Positions 39,411 to 50,060 of a stretch of DNA of 64,000 nucleotides are shown piece by piece. How positions within the stretch are numbered: the stretch's first letter is position 1; every line of letters starts with the position of its first letter. The notes below the pieces were generated by a model that was given only the letters and a program-made list of their open reading frames with translations, was not told where the DNA came from and made no database searches. Origin of the DNA: Candidatus Kapaibacterium sp. (GTDB lineage: Bacteria > Bacteroidota > Ignavibacteria > OLB7). The translations under genes and the position numbers were made by a program. The DNA is taken from assembly GCA_035549015.1 (NCBI GenBank), contig DASZRW010000059.1:265-64264 (forward strand). Reading direction: 5' to 3'.

Positions 39411-39881
39411 ATGACAGCAGAGGACGTTCGTGGACGTTTCTCGTGGCTCGAGTATACCGAGCGAGCCACGGCGAAGATGATGGAGATGATTCCCGAGGAT
39501 GCATGGGATTTCCGTCCGGCGGAGGGATGCCGTACCGTCGGCGAGCTTGCGGCGCATCTCTACGGCGCGGAGCGGGCCACACTGCTTGGCCTGGAGCGCG
39601 GCTCGATGACGCAGGAGGAATACAGTCGCGATCAGGGGCCGGCGATTGCGGCGCGCAAAGATGTTCATGATCTGATGGAGAGCGCACGCCAGGCGCGTGC
39701 CCGGGTGCTGGAGTCGTTGACCGACGAGAGCCTGAACGTGCCGATCAAGCTCTTCTACGGCGAGTTCACGGCCGCTCAGGTGATCGGCTTCGTCTACGAC
39801 GAGCACTGGCATCATCGCGGGCAGCTCACGGTCTATCTCCGCGCGCTCGGCCTCGAGCCGCCGTTCATCTACGGAGAGTAG
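39411..39881 (+). CDS. DinB/YfiT-like (DinB_2) family protein
   Basis: Four-helix-bundle signature with His-rich metal site residues (HLYGAE...HWHHRGQL). Confidence 0.7.
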   Translation: MTAEDVRGRFSWLEYTERATAKMMEMIPEDAWDFRPAEGCRTVGELAAHLYGAERATLLGLERGSMTQEEYSRDQGPAIAARKDVHDLMESARQARARVLESLTDESLNVPIKLFYGEFTAAQVIGFVYDEHWHHRGQLTVYLRALGLEPPFIYGE

Positions 39882-40096
39882 GAGGGGCGGCGGCGCTGCG
39901 AAACGTGTGCAGGATGGTTCGGTACGGTGGCTTCGGATATCGCATCGGCAACTCCCGGCTCGTGTCACATCCGGTAGTGGAGCATAGGAGCACCGCGAAG
40001 GAACGCATGGGCCTGCGCCTTCCGTGAAGCCGGTAACAGGCGGGCCGCGCCGAACTGCATGTCCGGCGCGGCCCGCATGATGTTCAGCGGGGAGGG

Positions 40097-42091
40097 CTAC
40101 TTCCCCGGCACGATTTCGATCACCACCGTGCGGTTGTAGTAGCGCTGCTCCGGCAGCGTGTTGTTGAACGGCGAGCGCCGCTCATCCTCTCCGAAGCCGT
40201 ACGTGTCGAACGTCACCGTCTTTCCCGCCTTCGTCAGCTCCCGTGTGAGGATCTTCTGAACCTCGTCGGAGCGGCGCTGCGAGAGCTTGGTGTTGTAGTC
40301 CGGATCGCCCGTCACATCCGTATGTCCGTGGATGATCACGGACGAACCGTTCGGAATCGCCGGCGCCACCGTGTTCACGAGGAAGTTCTCGTAGGTCTGC
40401 ACCGTCTTGGACTCGTCGAACTCGAAGAGAATCGAGTAGCGCACGCCGGTCTGTTCGTCGCCGGCATCGGCGCGAACCAGACGGAACTCCTGCTCCGGCG
40501 ACTCCACCGTCTTGCCGTCCTTCGTCGTCAGGCTGATCCTGCTCTTGTAGCGTCCGTCGCGCCTGGAGCCGAGCAGTTCCTTGGAGTCGATGCGTGTGGA
40601 TGTCACGTCGTGGAACGGACCGTAGGTCTTCGTATTCCCGTCGCGATCGGTAACCGTGACGTTCCAGAAGGCGACGTCGTTCCGTTCCGGGATGGAGACG
40701 AGGATGTCGTTATCGATCGGTTCCTCCTGCACGGAGTTGATCGTCACCGGCTGCAGCAGGTCATCCGGCGTTGCCTCGATCTCCACGCGGTAGTTCTCCG
40801 CATCCACCAGCTTCCGGTCTTCACCCTGCGTTGCGCCGGAGCCGGAGCGGTGCGCCGGCTGGGCGGTTCCCGCGGTGGTGATACGCTTGGGATCGATGCC
40901 GAAGGCAGAGACCAGATAGCTCTTCACGTTCTCCGCCATCTGCCTGCCCGCGGCGGCGTCGCCGTTGGCGGAGCCGATCAGCTTCACGGTGGCCGCGGGG
41001 TTGCGCCGCAGACGGTCGCCGAAGACATTGATCACGTTGTAGTACACATCCATCTGGCGCTGCGAGCGCATCTTCAGCGGATCGCCGGCGTTGCCCGTCT
41101 CCGCGCCCGGCTTCACGAGCTGGTCCTCGCGGAAGTCGTTGGCCGAGGTAACGCGCTTGTAACGCGCCGGCAGTTCCGTGGAGCCCTGGTCGAAGAAGAC
41201 ATAGTTCCGCATCGGGAAGGTCTCGTTCAGCTTGCGGCTCTCGGTTACCACATTCGGTGCGCGCACAACGAAGTCGGCGGATGGGGTCACATCGGGGGGC
41301 GGCGCCTCCGGCGTCACACTGCCGAACTTCAACTCCACGCCGGCGCGGATCGTGCTCACCTTCATTGTGTTGCGGGTCGAGGGATCGTCCAGGAGATCCT
41401 GCGTGATGTGGAACTGTGCAAACGGCGTCAGCACCATCTGCGTGGTTGCTGCAGGATCGCTGAGCGGGATATCGTAGCCCAGCCCTGCCTGTCCGCCAAC
41501 AACGAAGCTGCGGATATTCGGAAAGTTGCCGCTCTGTGTGGAGGCCTGATTGTTGTTCACCACGTCGGTGAAGCCGTAGTCGAAGCTCTTCGCCACGAGG
41601 ATGCGGAAGCTGGGGCCAACCATCAGGTGGAAGAGACGGTTGCCGAGATTGACGCGCACGTTCGGCTCGATGGTCACGTATGCAAGGTGCGCCGCCAGCG
41701 TCTCGTCCGTTCTGGTTGTTGCGCCGTCCACTGCCGACGTGCGCGTATCGAACCCGACGCTGCGGTTGTCGTAGCCAACCATGAGATTGCCGCCGAGGAG
41801 GTTGCCGGAGTTGTACTCCAGGATGCCGCCAAGCGCAAGGCCCAGCCCGGATGCCTTGTCGAAGCCGGTGCTGTCCGCAACGTTCGTGAGCGGAGCGTTG
41901 GTGCCGAGGTCGTGCACGGCTCCGCTGAAGAGATTGATGTTCGCGCCGCCGTAAACACCGTACCACCACTTTGGCCAGCGTTCACCGGTCTCCTGTGCGA
42001 ACAATGCGTCCGAGAGCGCGAGGAGCGCGACGAGCTGCAACGCGAGCGTTGCGCCGATACGAATCGCGCGAGCGATCGGGCGTTGATACAT
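40097..42091 (-). CDS. OmpA-family outer-membrane protein (beta-barrel plus C-terminal OmpA domain)
   Basis: Signal peptide, a long beta-rich N-terminal region, and a C-terminal OmpA-like peptidoglycan-binding domain (HGHTDVTGDPDYNTKLSQRRSDEV). Confidence 0.8.
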   Translation of the reverse strand: MYQRPIARAIRIGATLALQLVALLALSDALFAQETGERWPKWWYGVYGGANINLFSGAVHDLGTNAPLTNVADSTGFDKASGLGLALGGILEYNSGNLLGGNLMVGYDNRSVGFDTRTSAVDGATTRTDETLAAHLAYVTIEPNVRVNLGNRLFHLMVGPSFRILVAKSFDYGFTDVVNNNQASTQSGNFPNIRSFVVGGQAGLGYDIPLSDPAATTQMVLTPFAQFHITQDLLDDPSTRNTMKVSTIRAGVELKFGSVTPEAPPPDVTPSADFVVRAPNVVTESRKLNETFPMRNYVFFDQGSTELPARYKRVTSANDFREDQLVKPGAETGNAGDPLKMRSQRQMDVYYNVINVFGDRLRRNPAATVKLIGSANGDAAAGRQMAENVKSYLVSAFGIDPKRITTAGTAQPAHRSGSGATQGEDRKLVDAENYRVEIEATPDDLLQPVTINSVQEEPIDNDILVSIPERNDVAFWNVTVTDRDGNTKTYGPFHDVTSTRIDSKELLGSRRDGRYKSRISLTTKDGKTVESPEQEFRLVRADAGDEQTGVRYSILFEFDESKTVQTYENFLVNTVAPAIPNGSSVIIHGHTDVTGDPDYNTKLSQRRSDEVQKILTRELTKAGKTVTFDTYGFGEDERRSPFNNTLPEQRYYNRTVVIEIVPGK

Positions 42092-42223
42092 ATAGAGGTC
42101 CTCCTGATTGAGAGTAGGGATGCTCGTAGGTAAACGAAACTCCGGTGTGCAGGGTTAGCCCCTGCCGGCATGAAGCCCGGGGCAGAACTCCTCTCACGAT
42201 GTATATGCGCGAAAAGGGTTCCG

Positions 42224-43678
42224 TTACCGCACAATCGTCAATTTCAAATGCTCGGTGCGGCCATCGTGTCGTAGTGCGACATGGTAGATGCCTGCGGGGT
42301 ATGCCTCAGCGTTCCACTCCACCGTATGTGTGCCATCGGCCACATTCGTTACCAGCAGCGCCTGCCCGAGGTTGTCGGTGATCACAAGCGCACCGTTGGC
42401 AGGTGTCCCCGGCACAAGCGTTACCGTACCCGTGAACGGGTTCGGGTAGGCGCGAAGCCCCGCTGCGCCGGATGGGGTGCGTCGGCCGCCGTCGCTCACA
42501 GCGGAGGCGCTCACGAATGGAGTGGTTCCACCAACGTCGCGATATCGCGCCGCGAACTCCTGGAGATACTGATTTGCCGCCAACGAGTCCGTGATGGCGA
42601 TCATGTTCTCATCGTTTCTCGTCTCGGCGGAGGATGTCCAGTTGTGCGAGCCGGTGATCACCCGGGCGCCGCTGCCGTGCCCGAACGGGAGCGCGTCAAG
42701 CACGGCGTACTTGTGATGCAGCAGGCCGTCCAGCTGCCAGTCGTACGCCTCGGCGAACGTTCCGAGGAATCCGAACTGGCTTCCGGCATCGTCCACGTTG
42801 TCGATGATGGAGCGTACGTTCACGCCGTTCGCCGCGCGATCGCGGAGCGTGCGTGCGAACAACGCATAGGTGAATGTCAGGTTCGCGGTGAGGATGGAGC
42901 TGCCGCATGCGGCCAGATGGCCATTGATCGCGCGTGAGGTGGAGTCCGTCGGCGAGAAGCGAAGTTCGAGCCGGCTGCCGTCCGCAAGTGTGAAGAAGTG
43001 CTCCGTGTTGTTCCGTTTGGCGCGGCCGAATCTGGCCGCCACGGTGTCCGGGGTGTCCGCGGCGGAGCCCCACATCTCCTGGAACTCCACCAGGTAGGCA
43101 TGCGCAACGGCGGAGTCACGAACGATCACCAGGTTGTTCGCATCCAGATAGGTCTGCTGCTGCGTCGCATTCCAGCTTCCGGTAATCACCACCGGATGCG
43201 CATCGTGCGGCGCTGCGCTGCGCGCATCGATCACGAAGAACTTGTCGTGCATCAGCGGCTGTATCTCGCCCGGGGCTGCCTTCGGATTCGTGATGATGGG
43301 AATGCCCGCCTGCGCAAGATCACCGAAGCGGTTGGTGGAATCGCTCAGATTCTCCACATGGGCAATCACGCGCACCTTCACGCCGCGCGCCCGCGCAGCA
43401 ACCAGCGCGTTCACCACGCGCGGCGTGTTCAGGCTGTACATCGCCATGTCGATGGAGCTCTTCGCGGCGTTCAACTCCTGAAGCGTGATCGCGGAGAAGT
43501 CGCTTCCGCCCCTGGCAGCGTTTCCCGCGGGCCATGCGAGCGAGGTGTCCACGCTCCTGTTGAAGTAGATCTCCAGTTGTGCCGGAGCGCCGATCGGATC
43601 CGCCATCAGAAGCAGAAGCGGCAGCAGCCACATTACCGAACGGCCTGGTGATATCGGATGCATGTTCATCAACGGCAA
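42224..43678 (-). CDS. Secreted phospholipase-D-superfamily protein with T9SS C-terminal sorting domain
   Basis: Two HKD motifs (HDKFFVID, HHKYAVLD). Signal peptide. C-terminal ~80 aa YPNPFTGTVTL...LKLTIVR resemble Por/T9SS CTDs. Confidence 0.75.
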   Translation of the reverse strand: MPLMNMHPISPGRSVMWLLPLLLLMADPIGAPAQLEIYFNRSVDTSLAWPAGNAARGGSDFSAITLQELNAAKSSIDMAMYSLNTPRVVNALVAARARGVKVRVIAHVENLSDSTNRFGDLAQAGIPIITNPKAAPGEIQPLMHDKFFVIDARSAAPHDAHPVVITGSWNATQQQTYLDANNLVIVRDSAVAHAYLVEFQEMWGSAADTPDTVAARFGRAKRNNTEHFFTLADGSRLELRFSPTDSTSRAINGHLAACGSSILTANLTFTYALFARTLRDRAANGVNVRSIIDNVDDAGSQFGFLGTFAEAYDWQLDGLLHHKYAVLDALPFGHGSGARVITGSHNWTSSAETRNDENMIAITDSLAANQYLQEFAARYRDVGGTTPFVSASAVSDGGRRTPSGAAGLRAYPNPFTGTVTLVPGTPANGALVITDNLGQALLVTNVADGTHTVEWNAEAYPAGIYHVALRHDGRTEHLKLTIVR

Positions 43679-43711
43679 GATACACCGGCATGGAGGGGAG
43701 CGCGAGGGTTG

Positions 43712-46700
43712 TCACGCTTCGTTATTGATGCGCATCCGCGCCGCTTCCAGATGCTCGCCGGCGGCGAGGAGCGCGTCGTGCAGAAGCTCGCCGATCTCGC
43801 CGTCGCCGGGGAGCGCCTGAAGTCCTGCACGCAGGAGATCCGCGGCGTTCTCCGCATCCTCCTCGCGGAGCAGGCGCACGGCGATATCAACCAGCAGGCC
43901 GCGCAATGTGTGTTCGAAGTCCTCACGTGCCGCCTCGAAGAAGCGATCGTACAATCCCGGAAAGGGAACCTCACCACGCGATATCTCCATGGCCAGCATC
44001 AGTGCGCTGCGAGCGCGGATCAACTGCCGGTCGTTGGTTGCCGCGCGCGCCTCCGCCATTGCCCGGTAAGCGTCCAGGAGATCCACCTGCACACGCGCCA
44101 GGTTCAACGCGGGCACCGGCTCCTCGGTACGTATCGCATCGCGACCGATCGCATCGCGCAGCCTGTGAACGGCCAGGTTCATGGCCTTGCGAGCCCGTTC
44201 CTGATCCGGCTCGCCGCCCGACGCAACGTGGCAGAACTCCCGGTAGGAGAGTGGCCGGGCGGAGATGCTGTTGGCAACCAGCAGGCCCAGGAATGTGCGA
44301 AGGCGTTCGCCCCGAAGCGGCAGCGGGCCCTCTCCCGGGCGCGATACCCCGATGACGCCGAGCATCGATATCCGCAACGGAGCATCGGGCACATCCGCGT
44401 TGCTGCTCTCCTTCAGTTCGTACGCGCGTTGAAGCGACGCGTGCAGCGTCTGCCATCGGTGACGGGCCTCCGGCGGGATCAGATCGCCGCAGCGGTTCAG
44501 AAGGGCCGCCATGTATGCAACAAGCGATCGCTCGGCAAGCCAGTCCAGCATTCGCTCGATCGGCTGCTGCAACTGCGTGCATCGCGCGGCTGCCTGCGGC
44601 GCCAGTCCCGGGCGTTCGGCCGCCATGCGCATCAGCTCCACGCCGATCGTATGCGCCATCACGGCAGGGAGTTGCAGGATCGGTTCATGCATCATCTCCC
44701 ACAGGGCTTCCACCGTTGCGGCATCGGGCGTTCCGGCGGTCAGTGCCTCCGCCATCGCACGCAGCTCCCGCGGCGCGCCGTCGTTGGCCGCGATCTCCTG
44801 CAGCGCCCCTTCGCGATCGCCGTGCATGATCAGAAGCATCGCCTGTTGGGCATACCATGCTCCCCGGCCGCCGAGCATGGTTGCCGCAATGCGCCGGGCG
44901 GCGTCGGCCTCGCCCCGCAGGATGGCGATCTCCGCCAGGCGTGCACCGGCGTTGCGCTGCAGCCGTTCCGCTGCGTGCGCCGGTGCCTCCGCGATAATCG
45001 CACCTGCCTTCTCCTCGACCGTTGCAAGCTCCGCGCCGCGGGCGGCGGCGGCCCAGAGCGGGATCATCCGGAACGTGCGCTGGATGTGTGCCTGCCCGCG
45101 GATGCGTGCGCGATCCACGACGCGTTCCGCCCACAGGCATGCAGTATCCAGCTCGCCGATCTTGTCGTAGAGCAGCGTTCCCCAGGTGAGCACATCCAGA
45201 TCGTCCACGTTCTGTGCCGGATCGAACTGCCGGAGAAATTCCAGGCGCCGGCCAAGCTCCTCGGGGGTATCGAACAGCCAGAGCAGATTGGCGCCGATCT
45301 TCCGATATGCGCGGGCGCCGGCTGCGGCGTCCCCTGCGGCAATGATGGCATCCATCCGCGCCTCAACCTCCCGCCCCAGATCCTCGTGCGGGCCGGTGGG
45401 AGAAAGCCGCGCCACAACGGCGAGAAAGTCCACGGCTACCGGCGAGCCGGCCAGTTCCGGGTATCGCTCCATCACCTCGTCGAACTGCGCCAGCTCCCGC
45501 TCCGGATAGGTGCCGTGCCGGCGGATGCTCTCCCAGAGTTGATGCTGAAGCGCCCGAAGGCGATGAACCGCGAACTGCCGGCTCTCCAGGTTCGCCGTCA
45601 GTTCCATCAGCCGGTTCCTCAGCGCGGCATGTTCCGGGCCGGCGACATCGCGCGCGAGAAACTCCAGCCGGCATGCCGTGAGCGCTGCATCGAGAGCGCG
45701 GGAGGAGTCCGGGCTCACCCCTTCCCTCGTTCCGCTGAAGAGCGCCGCGGCCGCATCCAGCAGCCGAAGCCCAAGCTCCCAGTCCGCCGTAGTCTGCAGG
45801 CCTTCCGCCGCACGGACAAGCTGGGCCACCACCTCGGCGGCCAACTCCGGAGGAAGGGGGGCGGCGTTGCACTCGGCGAGGATCTGCACGGGGAGTGTTG
45901 AGTGAAGCGGCAGGCGTGCGGCGATCAGTTGTGCTATCGTCTCCACCTCCAGCGAGCGGCGCTCCGCAAGCTGGCGGTGGAGCAGCGTGTGGGTGAATGC
46001 GAGAAGTGAGGCGGCTCCCTCCCCACCCGACAGCGGCCGCCGCGCAGTTGGCGAGCCGGCGATGATTCCCTTGAACGAGAGCACGCTCAGCATGGCTGCG
46101 GCATTTCCGAGCACCGCTGCGGCGGCATCGCGTGCGAAGATCTCTCCCAGCACGGCCAGCCGTTCCGCCGCATTCAACTCCTCCTGTGTGAGATGTGCGG
46201 CAAGGCCATCGGCGAGGAAGCGGACGTGACGTTCGACAACCGCACGGAACCCGGCCGCGGGGAGCCGCACATGCCCGGCTTCGCCGTCGCCGGCGGCCAC
46301 GGCGCCGGCGTTGATTGCGCCGCGGATGGCTGAGCGCAGAGCGAGCGCATTGCCGAGCGTCGTGCTGTGAAGCAGCCGTGCGTGTTCCTCATCCAGCACG
46401 GTGTTGAACAGCGAACTCCAGAGCTCCGCAATCCCCTCCATCGCGATCCCATGAAGCCGGAGCTCGTCCACGAGAAATCGTTCCAGGAGTCCGCGGGCGC
46501 GATCATCCACAGGGCGGGCGGCGCAGAGGAGAGCGATCGATTCATCCGCGAGCGACTCCAGCAGGGCCGCGAGTTCCCCCAGCGCATCGCCGGCAAGCAG
46601 ATGCAGATCCTCGATCACGAGCAGCGTGGGCCGCAGGCGGCAGAGCCGCCGCAGCGCGGCGAGAACCGGAAGAAGCCTCCCCTCCGGCTCGCCCTTCAGC

Positions 46701-46999
46701 AGATGCCGCCCCGCTCCGGAGTCCCAGATGCTGCGTGCGATCAGCGGTGCGAGCGATGTGGCGGAATCCGGATACAGCCGGATATGTATCACCGCGCCGC
46801 CGCGCGAACCGATCCGTGCAAGCGACTCCTCCAGAAGGCGGCTCTTGCCGATACCTGCCTCCCCGGCCACCAGCATCGCGCGCAGCCCGTTGGAGTCCGG
46901 CGTTCCCTCCCAGAAGCGGACGATCCGGTCGATCTCCTCCCGGCGCTCCACGAACGGCAGTGTGCCGTGATTCAGGAAGTCCACGCGCGCGTTCGGCAT
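43712..46999 (-). CDS. Large ATP-binding regulator: N-terminal AAA_16-type NTPase plus C-terminal BTAD/SARP-like domain
   Basis: Walker A LVAGEAGIGKSRL, a long helical TPR-like middle, and a C-terminal bacterial-transcriptional-activator-like region. The start is set at MPNARVDF. Confidence 0.7.
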   Translation of the reverse strand: MPNARVDFLNHGTLPFVERREEIDRIVRFWEGTPDSNGLRAMLVAGEAGIGKSRLLEESLARIGSRGGAVIHIRLYPDSATSLAPLIARSIWDSGAGRHLLKGEPEGRLLPVLAALRRLCRLRPTLLVIEDLHLLAGDALGELAALLESLADESIALLCAARPVDDRARGLLERFLVDELRLHGIAMEGIAELWSSLFNTVLDEEHARLLHSTTLGNALALRSAIRGAINAGAVAAGDGEAGHVRLPAAGFRAVVERHVRFLADGLAAHLTQEELNAAERLAVLGEIFARDAAAAVLGNAAAMLSVLSFKGIIAGSPTARRPLSGGEGAASLLAFTHTLLHRQLAERRSLEVETIAQLIAARLPLHSTLPVQILAECNAAPLPPELAAEVVAQLVRAAEGLQTTADWELGLRLLDAAAALFSGTREGVSPDSSRALDAALTACRLEFLARDVAGPEHAALRNRLMELTANLESRQFAVHRLRALQHQLWESIRRHGTYPERELAQFDEVMERYPELAGSPVAVDFLAVVARLSPTGPHEDLGREVEARMDAIIAAGDAAAGARAYRKIGANLLWLFDTPEELGRRLEFLRQFDPAQNVDDLDVLTWGTLLYDKIGELDTACLWAERVVDRARIRGQAHIQRTFRMIPLWAAAARGAELATVEEKAGAIIAEAPAHAAERLQRNAGARLAEIAILRGEADAARRIAATMLGGRGAWYAQQAMLLIMHGDREGALQEIAANDGAPRELRAMAEALTAGTPDAATVEALWEMMHEPILQLPAVMAHTIGVELMRMAAERPGLAPQAAARCTQLQQPIERMLDWLAERSLVAYMAALLNRCGDLIPPEARHRWQTLHASLQRAYELKESSNADVPDAPLRISMLGVIGVSRPGEGPLPLRGERLRTFLGLLVANSISARPLSYREFCHVASGGEPDQERARKAMNLAVHRLRDAIGRDAIRTEEPVPALNLARVQVDLLDAYRAMAEARAATNDRQLIRARSALMLAMEISRGEVPFPGLYDRFFEAAREDFEHTLRGLLVDIAVRLLREEDAENAADLLRAGLQALPGDGEIGELLHDALLAAGEHLEAARMRINNEA

Positions 47000-47223
47000 A
47001 TCGGTCAGGCGTAGAATGTGAACGAAGCCCCGGATGCAACCGCGCCGGAGGCTCTTTGCAACCATCGGCCGCTAGATTGGCATCGAATGTATCCCCCGTC
47101 GCGTTGCGACGAGAACTTACCGCAAATCCGTTGAACGCGATCTCACGGCTCGTTGCTGCAGGCCGGGCCACGCATGAAGGCGATCACGGACCCGCATCAA
47201 TTATCCCCTCCGGAGGAGTAGCC

Positions 47224-47697
47224 ATGAGCACACGCAGATACTTCCTGATGCCCACGCTCGCCATCGGCCTCGTTGTCCTTGTTGCATGCAGGCGCGGCGG
47301 CGCCGGGAGCACGCCGAATCCGGACAGCACGTCGGCCCGGAGCGCGGCCGCTCAGGCTCCGCAGCAGCCGGTGACCTCCCCCACGCTGGACGGTAGAACA
47401 TTTGCCGGCGAGTCCGTGGAGCATGGCAGGACGGCCGCCGAGAAGGACGAGCTCGCGTTCGCCAACGGGCGGATGCATTCCAAGGGATGCGACCCGTATG
47501 GATTCGGCGACGCACCCTACACGGCAACCGCCTCCGGTGACTCCATTCACTTCACAGCAACCACCACCAGCCCGAAGGAGGGATCCATTGCATGGAGCGG
47601 GACGGTTGTGGGGGAGACGCTTGCAGGAACGTTCATCTGGACGAAGCAGGGGCAGGACCCCATCACCTATGAGATGAAGGGGATGCTGAAGAAGTGA
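47224..47697 (+). CDS. Putative lipoprotein (157 aa)
   Basis: MSTRRYFLMPTLAIGLVVLVACRRGG signal with lipobox. Confidence 0.5.
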   Translation: MSTRRYFLMPTLAIGLVVLVACRRGGAGSTPNPDSTSARSAAAQAPQQPVTSPTLDGRTFAGESVEHGRTAAEKDELAFANGRMHSKGCDPYGFGDAPYTATASGDSIHFTATTTSPKEGSIAWSGTVVGETLAGTFIWTKQGQDPITYEMKGMLKK

Positions 47698-47852
47698 TCG
47701 CGATGCGATCGCTGCTGCGATCGGAGCGGCGAGCCGCCATGCTCCGATCGGCGATGAGGCCCGGAGTATTCCGCGCTCCCATCACGCGGGCGATCGCGGG
47801 AGCGATGATCGTGCCGGCGATGGCGGATTGCGCACCATACAGGAGAAGGACG

Positions 47853-48224
47853 ATGAGCGACAACCATGTACCCGATGCAGATGAAACCATGAGCATGCTC
47901 CGCCGGGGTGTGGAGGGCCGCGACGCGGAACTCCTTGTGCGGCTGTACGGCATCGACGCGGAGTTGCTGATCGTGGACGAGAGCAACCCGCCCAGCCGGC
48001 CCAGGGTGCTGCGGGGGATCAATGCCATCGCGGGCTATCTGCGCGATGTCTGCGCACGCGACATGAGCCACAGCATCGAGAACGTGATCGCCTCCGGTAG
48101 TCGTATGGCGTTCACGCAGTCGTGCCGGTACGCCGACGGCACCTGCGTACTGGCGGCGAACATCGCCGATCTCGAGGATGGCGTGATCGTAAGCCAGACG
48201 GTGGTGCAGGCGTGGGACTCGTAG
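47853..48224 (+). CDS. NTF2-like / SnoaL-like small protein
   Basis: ~123 aa. AGGAGAAGGA RBS. Alpha+beta cone-like pattern. Weak assignment. Confidence 0.4.
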   Translation: MSDNHVPDADETMSMLRRGVEGRDAELLVRLYGIDAELLIVDESNPPSRPRVLRGINAIAGYLRDVCARDMSHSIENVIASGSRMAFTQSCRYADGTCVLAANIADLEDGVIVSQTVVQAWDS

Positions 48225-48332
48225 GCGATTCCGACGGACCGGCGTGGCAGTGCTCTCCGGGATAATCCCGGCTGCGTGTGTCGTGAACGGCACTCCGGAG
48301 TCTCTTCATTCAACACATACACGGAGTTCGTG

Positions 48333-48629
48333 ATGTTTGTCGTACGCGACATCTTCTATCTCAAGTTCGGCGCCGCGCGCGATGCGCGGGCAGCGCTCCA
48401 GGGCCTGCGCGCCTTGAACGACCAGCTCGGTTACGGCAACACGCGTGCCTTGAACGACTTCACCGGCCACTCCTACCGGCTGATTCTGGAGTCCACTTTT
48501 GCAACACTGGCGGAGTACGAGGAACGCCTTGCCGCAACGATGGCCATGCCGGACTGGAGAGAGGGCTATGCGAAGTTCGTGCCGCTGGTGGAGCGATCGG
48601 AGCGCGAGATCCTGAGGTTGATCGAGTAG
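48333..48629 (+). CDS. Dabb-like (dimeric alpha/beta barrel) small protein
   Basis: ~98 aa. MFVVRDIFYLKFG...YRLILESTFATLAEYEE pattern. Weak assignment. Confidence 0.35.
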   Translation: MFVVRDIFYLKFGAARDARAALQGLRALNDQLGYGNTRALNDFTGHSYRLILESTFATLAEYEERLAATMAMPDWREGYAKFVPLVERSEREILRLIE

Positions 48630-48892
48630 TTGCCGCAACCCGCTATCGTGCGGCGACCGGCATGCACGGCAGTTGCGGCCTGCGGTGCATGCCGGCTCGA
48701 TCCCGTTGCCGAATCGAACGCGGCATCCACGCCGTACCGGCGTGCGTTTCCGGATGCTACGCCGGAGCCGCCGTGAGATCGGAACGGCGCGGCAATCCTT
48801 CCTGCATCCACCCCGGAAACGAAGCAGGGCGCCGGTTATGACAACCAACGCCCCGCTGTACATTTCATCGAGAGATCCCGAACCGTACGGCC

Positions 48893-49885
48893 TTACGCCG
48901 TTGCGAGAAGCCCGCTCACCGCCTCGCGCTCCTCCTCAAGCTCCTTCACGGAGGCCATGAACTTCTCGTGGCTGAACTCGTTGTGCGTGATACCCTGCAC
49001 AACCTCCCACGAGCCGTCGGCCTTGGTGCGGACCGGGAAGCCGATCATCAGCCCTTCCGGTGTTCCGTACTCGCCGGTGGAGCAGACCGCCACCGAATGC
49101 CAGTCCCCTTCCGGAGTCGGGTTGAGGAGGGAGACAACGGTATCGAGTGCCGCGTTGGCGGCGGAGGCAGCGGAGCTGAGCCCGCGCGCCTCGATGATGG
49201 CCGCGCCGCGCTTCTGTACCGTGCTGATGAACGCCCCCTTCAGCCACTCCTCGTCGTGGATCAGGCTGGTTGCCGGCTGCCCGCCGATCTTCGTGTTGTA
49301 GAAGTCCGGATACTGCGTCGACGAATGATTCCCCCAGATGCCCAGGTTCGTCACTTCGGCAACCGGGCGACCGGCCTTGTGCGCGAGCTGCGACATGGCA
49401 CGGTTCTGATCCAGGCGGGTCATGGCGAAGAAACGGTCGCGCGGCACGTCCGGCGCGCTGTTCAAGGCGATCATGGCGTTCGTATTGCACGGGTTGCCCA
49501 CCACCAGCACGCGGACGTCGCTCGCGGCGTTGTCGTTGATGGCGCGACCCTGCAGCGTGAAGATGCCACCGTTGATGTTGAGCAGATCGCTCCGCTCCAT
49601 TCCCGCCTTGCGCGGCACCGAACCGATCAGCAGCGCCCAGTTCACATCCTTGAAGCCGACGTTGATGTCGGAGGTCTGGACGATGTCCTGCACCAGCGGG
49701 AACGCGCAGTCCTCAATCTCCATGACCACGCCCCGCAGAGCGTTCATTGCCTGCGGCAGCTCGATCAGGTTCAATGAAACCGTTGTGTCGGGGCCGAACA
49801 TCTGTCCCGAAGCGATGCGGAAAAGGATTGCATAGCCGATCTGTCCGGCGGCTCCGGTGACGGCAACTCGAACGTGCTTGCTCAT
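48893..49885 (-). CDS. mdh: Malate dehydrogenase (NAD-dependent, LDH/MDH superfamily)
   Basis: [14 protein letters not shown] Rossmann motif, catalytic [15 protein letters not shown] and [10 protein letters not shown] regions. 330 aa. Confidence 0.95.
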   Translation of the reverse strand: MSKHVRVAVTGAAGQIGYAILFRIASGQMFGPDTTVSLNLIELPQAMNALRGVVMEIEDCAFPLVQDIVQTSDINVGFKDVNWALLIGSVPRKAGMERSDLLNINGGIFTLQGRAINDNAASDVRVLVVGNPCNTNAMIALNSAPDVPRDRFFAMTRLDQNRAMSQLAHKAGRPVAEVTNLGIWGNHSSTQYPDFYNTKIGGQPATSLIHDEEWLKGAFISTVQKRGAAIIEARGLSSAASAANAALDTVVSLLNPTPEGDWHSVAVCSTGEYGTPEGLMIGFPVRTKADGSWEVVQGITHNEFSHEKFMASVKELEEEREAVSGLLATA

Positions 49886-50060
49886 GACGGTCTGGCCTTC
49901 GTGCGTTTATGTATGTGAGACGTCTGTAAGAAGTGGCGCAAGATACCGAAACACGGTATTGCAGCGGGAGTGATTTCGATTGCGTTCTGTGATTGCCGCA
50001 CAGAGGGCGCTCCGCAGGCGCGGGGCCGTTGAATGCGGGCTACTGGCCGTTGAATGCGCG

